Shown here piece by piece: positions 25,628 through 38,913 of a stretch of 64,000 nt of DNA. The translations under genes were made by a program, and so were the position numbers. The notes beneath the pieces are model-generated. The model ran no database searches and was not told where the DNA came from. It worked only from the letters and a program-made list of their open reading frames with translations. How positions within the stretch are numbered: the stretch's first letter is position 1; every line of letters begins with the position of its first letter. Location: NCBI RefSeq assembly GCF_902459465.1, contig NC_047080.1, positions 3,844,001 to 3,908,000 on the forward strand. Reading direction: 5' to 3'. The stretch is from Asterias rubens. Lineage: Eukaryota.

Positions 25628-25993
25628 AACCATTGGACCCTTTCGGTATACAGTATTGTCCAAGGCCCACACTTTGTGTATCACAACTTCTATATAAAAT
25701 AACAACCCTGTGAACATTTGGGCTTAATCGGTCATCGGAGTCGGGAGAAAATAACGGGAAAGCCCACTCTTGTATCCGCGCGTTTCGCCGTGTCATAACA
25801 TGTGTTTAAAATAAATCCGTAATTTTCGTTAACGAGAATTTATATTGTTTTGCTGTTTTCTCAAAAAGTAAAGCATTTCATGGAATAATATTTCAAGAGA
25901 AGTCTTTCACCATTGCCTTCTGTAAACCCTGTAAGTTATTTGTAAATCTGCGAACTTTTTTTTTTTTTTCTGAACCGAAAGGGTCCAATGGCT
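25628..25993. mobile_element. Kolobok-like TTAA MITE, family B
   Basis: ttaa|aaccattggacccttt...gggtccaatggct|ttaa. Confidence 0.82.
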
Positions 25994-26569
25994 TTAAGCA
26001 AAAATTATACTGAACGTTTTTATGATGTGTTTTTTGTAAGGAGGGCCTTCAATGATTTTTAGGCAGTTTGTTTGGATATTTTTAAAAGTTTAAACCAATT
26101 GGGCCTCCTGTTGAATATAACGGTTACCCCCTGTAATATATACACAGTAAATTGTATCATTATATATTTTTACGTTGAGCTTCATTTACCACGAGTGCGT
26201 GTATCGTCAAGAGACTATACTAGAGCCTTCTGTTGGTAGCCATGGTAATTAATCATAAACTTTAATTGAGTTCTTAAATAAATTACGGTAGATGATTGGG
26301 AAGGGGACCTTCGCTTTAATTGAACTCAAAAATAGCCGCTCATTATGAGTATCAGATTGAGTTGCTCAGTGTTTAGAGTTTTGTTTAAAAAATAAATTAT
26401 ATTTAAATATTGCACAACAATTTGATTTAATGCCTATATGCTTATTGTTAAAAAGAATTCGAATAAAAGTGGTCAAGCAAAACAGACAAATCAACAACAA
26501 AACCAAAAGCAAATAATTATAATTGCATTTTTTTTAATAGAGGGGTCAAATGTGTGTCCCTGTGACAAC

Positions 26570-27490
26570 CCTCAATGCTCCTATACTTGGGGCAGTCAGG
26601 ATGCCTCAGTACCTTTCACCTCTATGGACCCCAGTTCGATTCCTGGACCGGAGCTATATATGTGGATTGGGTTTCGCCGTCACTGCCTGACTGCGTGGGT
26701 TTTCCATATGAAGTTCCCTACCATCAAACTGAAATGACTTCTCTATAAAAACAAAAGTTGGTGTGATGTTTCCATTTGGGATGCTTCGATGAATATATAA
26801 TTCAGATTCAGAACTAGCCCTATATATGACTCTTACTCTGTACACATAATACGAAAGTGTAAGGCCGTCAGTGCTAATTCAGAACGGGTTATTTTCTTCT
26901 TGTACAGAGGTAACCCACTAAAGTCATCTGAAGAATTCCGGAGATTCCACGCACACAATGAATACAGTGTAGTGTGTGGTGGGGTTGGGAGAGGGGGGGG
27001 GGTACCGGGTACCACCATGCCTCATGTCGAGCGCCAGTGGTATAATGCTATACACAGACGAACATGTATCAGTCAAAGGCCCGTCACACCACCAAGGAGG
27101 GGTACTGCTGTTGCATGCTGGTGATATATTTCCGAACGTAGCGCTTCGTTTTGTGAGCGAGCTGATGTAGGAAATCCAAGAATGAAAGGTAAGCCATGTT
27201 GTCTTCATTGCAGGTTTCGTTTTTAAAGTACTATCATACCATTCATTGCCCATGAAGGGGCCAGGTTGGTTTAACCATAGAGTGTCCTTACTCTATGGTT
27301 TAACTTAGTGTCTTGCCACGCCTTCCACCTCCGGGACCCCGGTTCAAATCCCATCGAAGGCATTAGGTTTGGTTCTCGGTCACTACTTTTGACTGCGTGG
27401 GGTTTCCCTGAATATCTTATAGGGTTTTCCTTCGACATCTTAAACTGAAACATTCTTCATAGTCTTCTCTCTTCTAGTTGGCTCTAATTG
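26570..27490 (+). mobile_element. Two degenerate tRNA-derived SINE-like fragments (~26590-26740 and ~27310-27490)
   Basis: B-box-like gttcgattcc / ggttcaaatcc followed by a shared tgactgcgtggg(g)tttcc...aaactgaaa body. Confidence 0.55.
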
Positions 27491-28483
27491 GATCGTTGGG
27501 AATATTTCCAGACCCAGGTCGGTCGGTATCACCTTGTCCAGGTGCTGAAGGCTGTGACTAGAATTATCATAGATTTACATGTATCTTCACTCATAGCCCT
27601 AAATCACAGACTCCTTTCGTTCGTACACAAGTAGTCTATTTGAGAAGTTGATAAATAGCGTAAAACCGTTCAGAGGTTTAGAAGAATAAACATCATTATA
27701 TGTAGTAGGTAGTAGGATTTCTTGTAAAATTTGCTCAAAATACGGGGAGAAATGGACGGCTCCGTTAGGGGCTATCTTTACTCCAGCTTTCGTTTGTACA
27801 AGTTTTAAATCGAGCAGTTGGTACACTGCTCTAGATGCAAATGTCGCGGGTTCGAATACCACCCGAATAATATGCCTGTGATTGTTTTTCCACAGAATTC
27901 GGGAAAGTACTGAGTTTATATTGGTGCAAATTTAACATCTTCTATCATAACCATTCCCAAAGTTGTGACATTGTACTTCATCAAATTAGAGTCTAAACAA
28001 ACTAATAGATGGTAGAAAGGTTCGTGGATGACGTTTAGCTTGTATAATTGTCACTTCGCTTGTGATGAATGAAGGTAAACTGTTATTCACAGATTCGTCT
28101 ATATAAAAGCATGGACCTTGTACTCTACAGTCAACACATTATATGCTTCGTAGGAACGTAATGAATACCCCCACCCCGAGTGTCATACAAATAACTGGTT
28201 ATTATAAACCTGCTTTGTTTAAAATTGATGCCACACAAATTATTTAAACCATTCCCCCAAGGCCCCAAATACAGGTCAAATCTGCCTGATTAAAATACCA
28301 TTATTTGAGGCATTGATACTAGGGTAGCTGCACTGTGACATGATGTATGGCACACTGAAATGACAGGGCTCAATTTCACACATCTGAGCAACAAAATTGT
28401 GTTCACCAGAATAAAGTTATCAGCCGAAATTATAATGGAACATGTAGCATCTGTTCTGTGACTCGTATCTGAGCATTAATTTT

Positions 28484-28616
28484 GGAAAATTTTCCGTATG
28501 GCGCCACCACTTTTTCATTCAATATGAAATAATATAGTATCTAATTTACCTCAATGAGATATCCCTTTTTGAAAAAAAATTTTGAAAAAGTGGTGGCGAG
28601 GTGCGGAAAGTTATCC
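28484..28616. mobile_element. Palindromic MITE with 8-bp TSD (Merlin/hAT-like)
   Basis: TSD ttaatttt on both sides and GG...CC termini. Confidence 0.82.
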
Positions 28617-28974
28617 TTAATTTTTTCTTCGTCAATTGTTCAGCAATATTTGCTCAAATAATTGTTAGCATAAAAATTTACTTGGTATCGAGCAAAGGAG
28701 AGCTGTTGATAGTATATAAAACATTGTGAAAAACGGCTCCCTCTGAATTTCTGTAGTTTTGAGAAAGAGGTGTTTTCTCACTCAAAATACTTTTAGAGGA
28801 CGAAAGCAAACAGAATTTTGTGCAACAAGGGTGTTTTTTCTTTAATTATTTTATTGCAACTTTGATTACCAATTGATTCCAACAATTTAGACTACTGGTC
28901 TTTGACAATAACCAAAGGTGTCCAGTGCCTTTAAACAAATTCTTTCTGTGAAAAATATGTCCATGCAACTTTAA

Positions 28975-29331
28975 AGGGTATATGTAACTTTTGTAGGCCA
29001 AAAAACACAATGTCCACAGATTTACACTAAACTTACACAGATTGAAGATAATGATTGTAGAAAGCTTCCCTGAAAATATTACGTGCTGAGGTGCTGTAGT
29101 TTTTGGGAAATGAGTAAAACAATGTCATGAAAATAATTTCCGTCTCATGAGACGAACATTATTTTAATCACTTACAAACGGATTTTCATGACATTGTCTT
29201 ATTTATTTCTCAAAAACTACAGCACCTCAGTAAGTAAGATTTGAAGGGAAGCTTTCCACTATCATTATCTTCAAACCCTGTAAGTTTAATAATGTAAATC
29301 TATGGACATTTTGAAAAAGTACCCAAATCCT
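28975..29331. mobile_element. Kolobok-like TTAA MITE, family C
   Basis: ttaa|agggtat...gtacccaaatcct|ttaa with internal inverted segments. Confidence 0.7.
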
Positions 29332-29541
29332 TTAATGGAGTGTCAACACATACAATTCGGTCTATGAGCACAGTCAGTTAGCACACCAACCCTCTCCCAT
29401 AAAAACTTCATCTCACACACCTAACTAAACATAAAGGCTTATGTTTAAGTGTCAATAAAATTAAAATAAATTCTTTATTGTCTATATTGCCATTTTTGCA
29501 TAGCCATAGAGCTTTGGGGAGTCGTACACAAAGCTAATTAA

Positions 29542-29868
29542 AGGGAAGGTACACGTTTGGTAATTACTCAAAACAAATATTAACTTAAAAACTGACTTGG
29601 TAACGAGCATTGGAGAGCTGTTGATAGTATAAAACATGTTGAGAAACAGCTCCCTCGAAAGTAGCATAGATTTTGAGAAAGAGGTAATTTCTCACTAAAA
29701 ACATAACAGACTTCTAGCTAGAAGTATTTTATTCCTATCTGAAAGCACACAAATTCGTCCAACAAGGGCGTTTTTACTTTCATCATTTTCTCCCAACTCC
29801 GATGACCAGTTGAGATACACCAAGTGAGAACACTGGTATTTGACAGTAACCAATAGTGTACATTCCCT
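29542..29868. mobile_element. Kolobok-like TTAA MITE, family A variant
   Basis: ttaa|agggaaggtacac...gtgtacattccct|ttaa. Confidence 0.8.
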
Positions 29869-30935
29869 TTAAGTAAAAAAAAAATAATGATGAAATTTTG
29901 TTGTTTTCTTCAGCATTTCTTTAATATTTTATTCATGATATTTCATACAATCATCTGTTTAAAACGATAGTTATAGCTGGTTTAAAACCATAGTAGTAAT
30001 ACTTAACATGTAGCACGTTTTAGTAACTAATCTGTGTTTTACTCTGGGAGTAATAAACGGAGCGTCTTTCAGCCTCTTTGTTTTGTACAAGCATCACAGC
30101 CTACAAGCTTTTGCCTTTAATGGGTCATGCCTCCATACAATTTCAGTTTTGTAAAATCAAGTTGTTGATATGTTTGTATGAAAATAAATGTTGATTGATT
30201 AATTGATTATCTTTTTTTGAAATGAAAAGTGAGTGACAAGACAAAAAGAGAAAATAAGAATTTTCAAGTCTCAAGTTGTCACACCAAGAAGTTGCCAAAT
30301 GCATTTCGATGTGGTGGATTTCAAACTTTGTGTCTGGAAATCATTTTGCCTGGCAAGTTAGAGACACTAGGTGGCAGCAGAAGAGCCAGGATCATTATTG
30401 TTTACAAAGTTCTGTGCATGCATACATTTCTGAGATTTATCTGGTTAGTCCACTAGTCTGTAGATTTTACCTCTAGTCTGTAGCTGGTCGACAGTGTCTT
30501 TGTACTGTCTTGTTTACCTTTTTTCTTCAGAGCCATGTATTCTTTGGCAATTTGGCGCTTTATATATACAGTTATTATTATCAGTCCACTGCTAACAAGG
30601 CAAAAAACAGGAACATTTATCAGTCTCTTATTAGAGGAATTGAGCTTTTTAAGCAAATAATTAAAACTTCTTTAATAACCATAGAAATCAGATGCAGCAT
30701 ACAGCATACAGCATTTGATTACATGTTAATCTGCTAAGCGAAATTAATGTGTGGCAAGCACCTTTACGTGTAAAGGAAACGTCTTTCTTAAAATCTCTGC
30801 ACCAAATTTACTCTTCTTACTTGAAATTACAGACCAATCACATCTTAGCTTACAAACCGATCCTTCTGACTTGCTGAGATGGACAGAAGCAGCTCCCTGA
30901 TTGGTTGTAAGTCTGTGTGTCATCTTGTGATTGGT

Positions 30936-33900
30936 TCATTCTTGCTTAATGAGAAAATATGAAACTCCAGCTGCCAGAAGAGCACCCGCTGCCCCAATTG
31001 CTGCACCTGAAACAACAAAAGCAACCATTGTTTTACAATCCACTGGTAACATAACTTAGCATATAATTTTGTTCCTATTTTTTTTTTTTTACATATCGTG
31101 TGGTAAGAGGTTACTGGAAAAAAAAGAGCTTAAAGACAGTGGACACTATTGGTAATTACTCAAAATAATTATCATCATAAAACCTTTCTTGATTACAAGT
31201 AATGGGGAGAGGTTGATAGTATCAAACATTGTGAGAAACAGCTCCCTCTGAAGTGACGCAGTTTTCGAGAAAGAAGTAATTTTCCACTAATTTGATTTCG
31301 AGACCTCAAGTTTAGAATTTGAGAAAGCACACAACTTCGTGTGACAAGGGTGTTTTTTCTTTCATTATTATCTCGCAACTTCGATGACCGATTGAGCTCA
31401 AATATTCACAGGTTTGTTATTTTATGCATATGTTGAGATACACCAACTGTGAAGACTAGTCCTTGACAATTACCAATAGTGTCCACAGCCTTTAATGGCA
31501 ATAATTTTGACCCCAGCAGAGTCCTTAAGAATCTTACTAGGTTCTTATCTAGTGCTTTATCAAAATGCATAGTATTTTTTCCTACAAGGTATCTGGAGCA
31601 AGGTTTTGATGAATGAGACCTATTCTTTTACAGAACCATATACATGTAATGGTTTACAAGGAGCTGTGGCACGATGTTGCCAATTAAACCCGGTACAACG
31701 GGACGAACCCCTTCTATTTTTCAGTAAGTGCACTAGGTTCTTTAACATGCTTTACACAACATACAGGACCAACGGCTTTACGTCCCATCCGAATGACAAA
31801 GCATCAGGGTTAAGTGTCTTGCTTAAGGACACATGTGCTATGATTGGGACTCGAACCCACACTCTGCTAATCAGAAACACCAGAGTTTGAATACGGGGCT
31901 CTTAACCACTAGGCCATGACACACCAAACGACATTGTTACTTCAACCACTTCATCTAGGTACTTTCACTTACCTAGGTATTGAACAGGTCTTCGTTTGAC
32001 CTCTTGACCTTCCTCGCTCTCGGCTCCTGATGGCGAGAAAGAGCTTTTCTCCGAAGCTTCCATGTCACCATCATCTTCAGCAAATATATACAAATTTGTA
32101 TTGTTGAAATTAACACAAAACTCTGGTATTTGTAAACAGGCTGGTAGAGACGTGCACTTTATAAGACTTTGATATATTATTATTATTATAACGTTCCTTT
32201 TACTTATCAGTTAACTTTTTCAGTGGCCACTTTGTTATGCCTTTTGAACCAAAAATGCTCAGTTTTTGAAGTATTGGCAATTCTGCACAATATTTTTTTT
32301 TTTTTAAAGTCTTTCTTACAAAACAAAAAAAATTCTTGCTGATTTGTGTCGACTTGATACATCCCAACGTCAAAATGTACCTTCATGTCTTATCATTAAT
32401 ATAATTATGCATTGCGCACTATGTGTTCAACAAAAAATGGACATATTATGAAATTCTGGCCTACCCCTCAAAATAAGAATCTTGTAATTCTTGTTACCTG
32501 GGACTTTCTCAGCGTCGAGTTCCAGTTCTTCCTCAGTGATCTGAAGATTGAGTAGTTCGTTTATCCGATCTAGCGAGTCTTGAGCAACCTCATCCCGGAA
32601 GGCGTAGTCGCACACGCTGATGTGAGTAGTGGGCAACTTGGCGAAGACTCGCTTGGGTGTGGCTATGGTAGCTGGTGGATCTGTGTTAAAACACGATTGA
32701 CAGGAATAGTAAGGTTGACTTTGGAAAATGATTTGCAGAGAGTAATGATAGCAAGTGGCAAGTTGACCAGTTCAATTTAGACGTCAACATTTGTTCTATT
32801 TTTTTTTTAAATGGGAGATCGCCTAAAAACACAAGGCTGAACCACACCCCTAATCACAACAACATCGTAACTCTTTTGCAACGGAAAAACAACGGGCTTT
32901 CCTTATAAACTGGAATTCAAGTTTCTGTGCATGTTGGTGGTTGTCACGTCAACAGGCCACATGTAGGGAAATACGGTAGCCAAATGTATGTTTACAGGCA
33001 ACAGTTTCACAGCATCCTTGGCGTTTTATGTTTTAACTCCGAGATGCAATTTTAATACGCTATTGTTTTCCTGAAAACATCACAAATACACAATCTGGGT
33101 AACTGAAAAAAGCCTTTTGTTGAAAGAATTTTGCCAAGGATTCCCAGAAATTTTCCCAAAGGAAACGATTAGAAGAGACAATGAAAATAATACACACTTC
33201 CTTCTTACCAGTTTCTACTTCTTTAACTTCTTCTTCCGAACTGCTTTGTCTCAGCTCATCCGATAGCAGCTCTAATCTTGCTTGTAAGCTACGGATGACG
33301 TCTTCTTTCACAGCCTAAAGTTTTTAAAGAAAATTAGAGTTAGTTGCTGCAAACTGACTACAAACCAAATAATGACCTCTGGAATAAATGCAAACAATAA
33401 ATTAATGGCTTCCTTGCACAGTTTCTCTCCCAGGATCTATTTCGCCTGATTCAGTCAGCATACTTGTGTGGTGTTTGTGAACATAAACACGTTGAGAACG
33501 GAGCATATACAGAAACATGAACTTTTATTAATCTTTAACCTCCATGAAAAACATGCGCCCGCCTGAGCGCATAACAAGCGGTCCGTAAAAGCGCCCTCAT
33601 TGTTGCATTGAGAAAGTAAACACTACATGACAATGGGTTTATAAACACAACAACATGGGCTATGCTTTTTATATTGTAAAATATTGAATATTGACCTCAT
33701 AAGCAGTCAATATTTCAAAACAACTGCCCCCTTGGCAGTCCATACCAACTTATTTAATGTACCTGTATTGCGTCAGCCACTGTTGCCTTGTTATGTACAT
33801 AAGATCTGCTCTCCATCACCCCATGAACTTGTATACACGCAGTACATGAGCTGTTTTTAACCTTGTTGGTACACGGTCTAACCTGAAGAAATGAAAAGAT

Positions 33901-36900
33901 TCCCAGAAAAACTTGTCTCAAAATTTAATCCTGATGTGTGCAATTCAACCTGAAAACATAAATTAAATTTCCCAATAACCTCTGAAAGCCACTTACTCTA
34001 ATAATTTTACTCACATTTTGTGCGAGGAGCTCAATGGAATATTTGATGCCATCCGAACCAACTGCACTTGCCGTCTTCTTTCCAGATTTGCGCTGTGGGG
34101 ACAAAAGTAGTCAAAGTTTCTTCTCACTAAACAAACATTTATTTCCCTCATAAATGTACGCAATGTTGAGTGGTTTAACAAAACAAAATCTTTAGCACCC
34201 TCTCAGGCCTGGAAATACACCAAGGGCACAGAGGCCCTTATCTTGGCCTTTGTGCCCCATCAACAAATTTCCGTAGACCTTGAGATTTCCCACTGAAAGC
34301 ACCCTTCGCAAAATGACAATTGGCTCTGCCCTCTCAAAGATTAAGCTCTCAGCGTGCCCTCTTTGCAGGCTTTGAAGACTAACCCCTTGCACTGACCTTG
34401 CTTTGAGTTGTCTCTATTCCAACTTGGGGATCTCTCAGTTGTCCGTTGACCACAGCTAAAGAGCTCTCAATGGTTTCCACAAATGGCATCAAACCCTCCT
34501 GTGAATTATGAACAAGTTCAGACAAAATTGTTTATTTACTCATAACAGACCAAAAACTCTTTCAGTCGAACAAAGAAAAAACGTCTAGAGCAGAACTTGA
34601 GCCTGTGCCTTCCATAGGCTGGCATTAGGCAACAGCCACAGCTGCAGATGCCAGTTGTGACTCGACTATTGTTATAAATGTTTATTCACATGATGAAAGA
34701 CATTCAAATGATTTGGGGTTGAACAAAGGAAAGTTGACTAGAGCGGAACCTTAACTTGCGACCTCCGGATCACTGGGTCGGCACTCTACCAACTGAGCCA
34801 TCTAGCTGTAACGTTGGCGGTGGGTTTTCCCAATATAATTCTCCGGACTCCGATGACCGATTGAGCCTAAATTTTTTACAGGTTTGTTATTTTATATATA
34901 AGGTGTGATACATGAGGTGTGGGCCTTGGACAATACTGTTTACCGAAAGTGTCCAATGGCTTTAAACCTCTAACTGCTGTTTAGCCAGGGATCAATATGC
35001 AAACTGAGGTAACAGGTTTCATGCTGGCATGATAACAAAAATAATTGAATTGAATATAAATTCTTTAGTAGTTGAAGTTTTGTGACTTACTGAGATTTGC
35101 TTGCTGTACTGTCCACAATCCACAGCTTGGTGTTGAACTGGTACAGTGATGTCGACGTGCAATCTACAATGAAGATACGGCCATCGAGAAAGAAAACTCT
35201 GGAACTTCCAATCAGCTGGTCTGGCCGTGCTCTGCCCAACAAGAGTAAAGAAATAGAACTAATTGAGTACAGATTTTACAGTTATCTCAAAGAGTAGGGT
35301 GCTCCGTCTAGAGGTCAAAAGAGGTTTGTTCATTGGTCAATCCCGTGCGCAGAGTCTACAAGTTTTAACATTCCATTGCTCCATCAGTCTTAAATGGCGA
35401 TTTGATAATGCTAATTGCAGAAGGTCCATTGTAGCTTGAACAAATGCTCAAATTCATTCATTTTTATTCAAATTTGGATTCAGCATGGGGTGCATTACTT
35501 GGTTTAGTCTATATTGTTTAGTCCATCACCTTGACTACTAGTAATTATTCGTTGTACGAATGGAAATAAAAACAAACAAACAAACAAACAAACTTACCCT
35601 GGGATCAGAGATGTCAAATACACGGCAAGTTAATCTGAAGTCAACTGTTAAGGATGGGAAATAGTTTCTGATGAGGAAATATACTCACGGGATGATTGAG
35701 TTATCAGATGGCATAACAAGTGAGGTGATCAACATTTGAAATTCTTTGAATGACCAATCTTCTTAGGTTCACATAGTGTGTCCCTCAGAGTCAGTTTTTG
35801 GTCTAAAACAGCTAAAGCATCCAAACACATATGGGGTCAGCCTGCAGGGTTTCCCCATAACTAATCACAAACCAGCTGGACCAGCCCATTTAAAACTATT
35901 GAAAAAAAAATAGAAAACAGGAAAACATGAGGCTAGATAGCTCAATTGGTGAAGCACCAGCACATACACTCTGAAGTCGTAGTTCAAATCCCATACCAGC
36001 CAACTTTTCTATGTTCACCAAAATAACATTTTACAAATGTCAACTTTTCAAAGTTCCTTTTAAAATTTGTATTAGTGTACGGCAAATTTAATTCACTGTC
36101 ATTTACAAGCATCTGTGTGGGCAGTGCGAACAAGTGTTTAGCTTTTGGGAGACATGTACCACTCCCACAGAGTTTGGTCTAGTCCCCAGGAGTCTTGACT
36201 GTCGTCTTGTTGATTGAACCACTGTTAGAAAGGAAGATGACTGCATAAGCCTGGTACCCCTCAGTACAATGTTTGACGGATAGATACAAAATTACTTTAA
36301 AGGATACTTTCTAGTAGTGGTGCACATTTGTAGAATCGTCCAGTCCCTTGCTTCTTCAACTTCCTCGTCTCTCACATTCAGAAGTAGCTGCCGTTTCCTC
36401 AGCAGTTTGTTAACGGCAAAGAGAACCTGCCTAAGTTTGGGCTGGGCATCATTCATGGCATTGGGCGGGGCCATAGCAAACACGCCCATCACGCCCAAAC
36501 CCCCGGGTAGCATTCTTGTTACCTACAGAGTGGGAGAAGGATCAGCATATATATTGAACAGATTAATTTCTTGTCTTTGGACAACAGCGGTCAAGTGCAT
36601 GGGGGGGGGGTGTCCTACCCTCTTGGTCGGTGTGCCCCCCCCCAATTGAATGACAATGTAAATCACGCCCCACCATTATTGAAAGTATACAAAACATTCC
36701 TAGAGCTACAACTACAGCTACAAGGCTCTTTCACTTACCTGTCTAGCATGCTCGGCAATCCAATATTCACTGACGTCTTCTAAAGTTGATGGTTTTTCAG
36801 TTGCTTCATCTTCACTTTCTTCCTTGGGGCTTGGGACAAGGCATACAGCAAAGTCTTTCTGATTTGTACACTGTAATTATGCAGAAATCAACATGATGTT

Positions 36901-37843
36901 TAAACAACAGTAAAACACTAAGTGACATTCTGGTTTAATACTTTTGGTTATATTTATAGGAACTTGAAGGTCAACGGTTTTTCCACTTTTCTCAGGAAAT
37001 CAGATAACTTGGTATATAATTGAAAACCTCACAATCAGCAAAAATACAGAAGCGGCAAAATAGTCTGTACTTGATAATGTAAACAAATGGACAATATTTG
37101 TGGAAATTCAACTACAACAATTACACACGAGTTCATATTTCACCTTACTCCGTGTGTTAGTGTGAGTTGTTGCACCAGTTTTTGGGGGCTTCTTGGTTAA
37201 AAAATGGCGTCGGCGGCGGGGTGTACTGTTGAAGTGCTGATCGCCGATAACCCTGCTCCCGTCAGGAGGAGGAGGGTTACGATACGGCGCAACTAGGGTT
37301 CAGCCTAAACTTTTAAGTCAAGTGTGTTGGTTCATCATAAATAAGCAGGAAAGATTGTGTTGATCCCCGGCCCGGAGATTCGGTCATCCCACCCGTGACC
37401 ATGCATTTCATGTCCATATATTATTATATATATGCATGGCAACCTGTGTACAAATTTCAGAAAAATTTCCGTATCTTGCAACCACTTTGTCAATCATCAT
37501 TATATGATTATGATTATGTAGTAAAATAGTATCTATTTTGCTCAAAATGCTTTATTTTTTGTGTGAAAATGAGTGAACTGGTATGATATGGAAAGTTTTC
37601 CCCAACATCTTCTGTAAAGTGATAGCGCCCTCTTTTGAATCATCATGCTTCACCCCCATGTTAATTTCCCATCCAACCATCCTGTCCAAGTGGGACAGTC
37701 CCCTTTTTTTAAAGTCAATAAAAAACAAGGGCTAACTGATAACTCACTTGTCCAACAATAAGACCAATCAGCCACGGATGTTCTCCATAAAGTAAGCTGA
37801 TGTACTCCTGTAGGCCATCTTCCGCAAAAATAGTTTTGCCCAT
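30936..37843 (-). CDS. ODR4: Protein odr-4 homolog (ER membrane GPCR maturation factor), 12 coding exons, 460 aa
   Basis: Minus-strand exons 37843-37748, 36870-36739, 36522-36308, 35634-35598, 35231-35091, 34498-34397, 34092-34015, 33882-33763, 33314-33209, 32680-32498, 32074-31973, 31006-30936 (1383 nt, in frame). Motifs MGKT...GLIVGQ, EHARQVTRMLPGG, ARPADWKFQ, VCDYAF and a C-terminal TM tail anchor match vertebrate ODR4/C1orf27. Confidence 0.94.
31134..31491. mobile_element. Kolobok-like TTAA MITE, family A
   Basis: TTAA flanks and family A TIRs; lies in the last ODR4 intron. Confidence 0.85.
31650..31922 (-). mobile_element. tRNA-derived SINE
   Basis: Minus-strand B box (reverse complement of gggactcgaacccac). 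Body matches ~54100-54310. Confidence 0.7.
35635..36307 (-). other. ODR4: U12-type (minor spliceosome) GT-AG intron 3 of ODR4
   Basis: 5' splice site GTATCCTTT and branch site TCCTTAAC (35654-35647), ending 12 nt before the 3' end of the intron. No polypyrimidine tract. Confidence 0.88.
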
Positions 37844-38561
37844 GTCGTCTAACTTTATGCAAGATACTGATCGAATGACAGATGTTGTCCCATCCGATCA
37901 TATACACACGTACCATCCACAACCTCACGTACGTGTACACAATGAATGGTGGGGCTCTTCTCACTGGTACCCGTTAATTCTGTGTTTAGCTAGGAGGATT
38001 CCTTTGGATACCAGCCAACAATCGATCAAAGTAAGAGGGTACCTAGACTAAGATGAATTACTTTGTAGGTTGCCCATTGAATGGTGCCAGACTTTTAAAA
38101 AAACTTATGTTGGTCTGGTTCCTGTCTCTTAACAGAGCTTTCAAATTCTCGCGATTTAGTCTGGGTTCGGTAATTCCATGTCATCGAGCTATGAGACGTA
38201 CGGAATCTTGATTCCCCCTTGAAGGAAGTTTTTACTGCACTGGTGGCAAAAGAAGGGGCGAGTTGAATATTTGAGGCTAGATTTTGTTCATGTACGGTGG
38301 TGAGTTACAGTTAAGCATGTGGCATAAGTGCCTTTGCAAACGATTAAGTGTTTTAACATTATTAAACTCGGCATAAACCAATTTTAATTTCCTAAAAAAG
38401 TTGTTGTTTTGACTTTTGTAAGTACCGTTTTATTTTGTTAACAACAGAGGGCGCCGTTCTTGTTCCTCATCAAAATAACAAAACAAGAATAGTTTGAGTT
38501 TTATTTGACTTCACACTGACTTAACACTGGCATAAAAATATAAATATACAATAAGACTATT

Positions 38562-38705
38562 GGGTGCATTCGATTAGCTTCCCTGGGTCTACCCGCGGCA
38601 GACAAGAGCTAAATAAAACAAACAACCACGTCAAAGCTATTCGAACACACAAGGGGCAGACCGGGGTCGACCCAGCATGCCCAGGGAAGCTAAATGAACA
38701 CACCC
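38562..38705. mobile_element. PIF/Harbinger-like MITE (internally deleted)
   Basis: Family TIRs with 3-bp TSD att. Confidence 0.75.
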
Positions 38706-38775
38706 ATTACAACTTTTCCTGCCACCACCATTTCATTCAATTCAATATGAATTGAAATAATTAATACTATCTAAT

Positions 38776-38913
38776 GGAAAAGTTTCCGTATGGCGCCACC
38801 ACTTTTTCACTCATTTTTACAAAAAGGGATATATCAATCAGATTCAGGTAAATTAGATACTATATTATTTTATTTCGAATGAAAAAGTGGTGGCGCCATA
38901 CGGAAAGTTATCC
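38776..38913. mobile_element. Palindromic MITE with 8-bp TSD (Merlin/hAT-like)
   Basis: TSD tatctaat on both sides. Confidence 0.82.

Noticed and set aside
27084-27230. Minus-strand 48-codon frame (YFKNETCNEDNMAYLSFLDFLHQL...) that looks protein-like
   Set aside because: No good acceptor, no partner exons and no recognisable homology; it lies between SINE fragments. A tBLASTn search could revisit it.
37204-37296. AAAATGGCG start with a 30-aa ORF (MASAAG...) antisense in ODR4 intron 1
   Set aside because: It stops after 30 codons and overlaps a copy of the small hairpin element; no splice partner was found.
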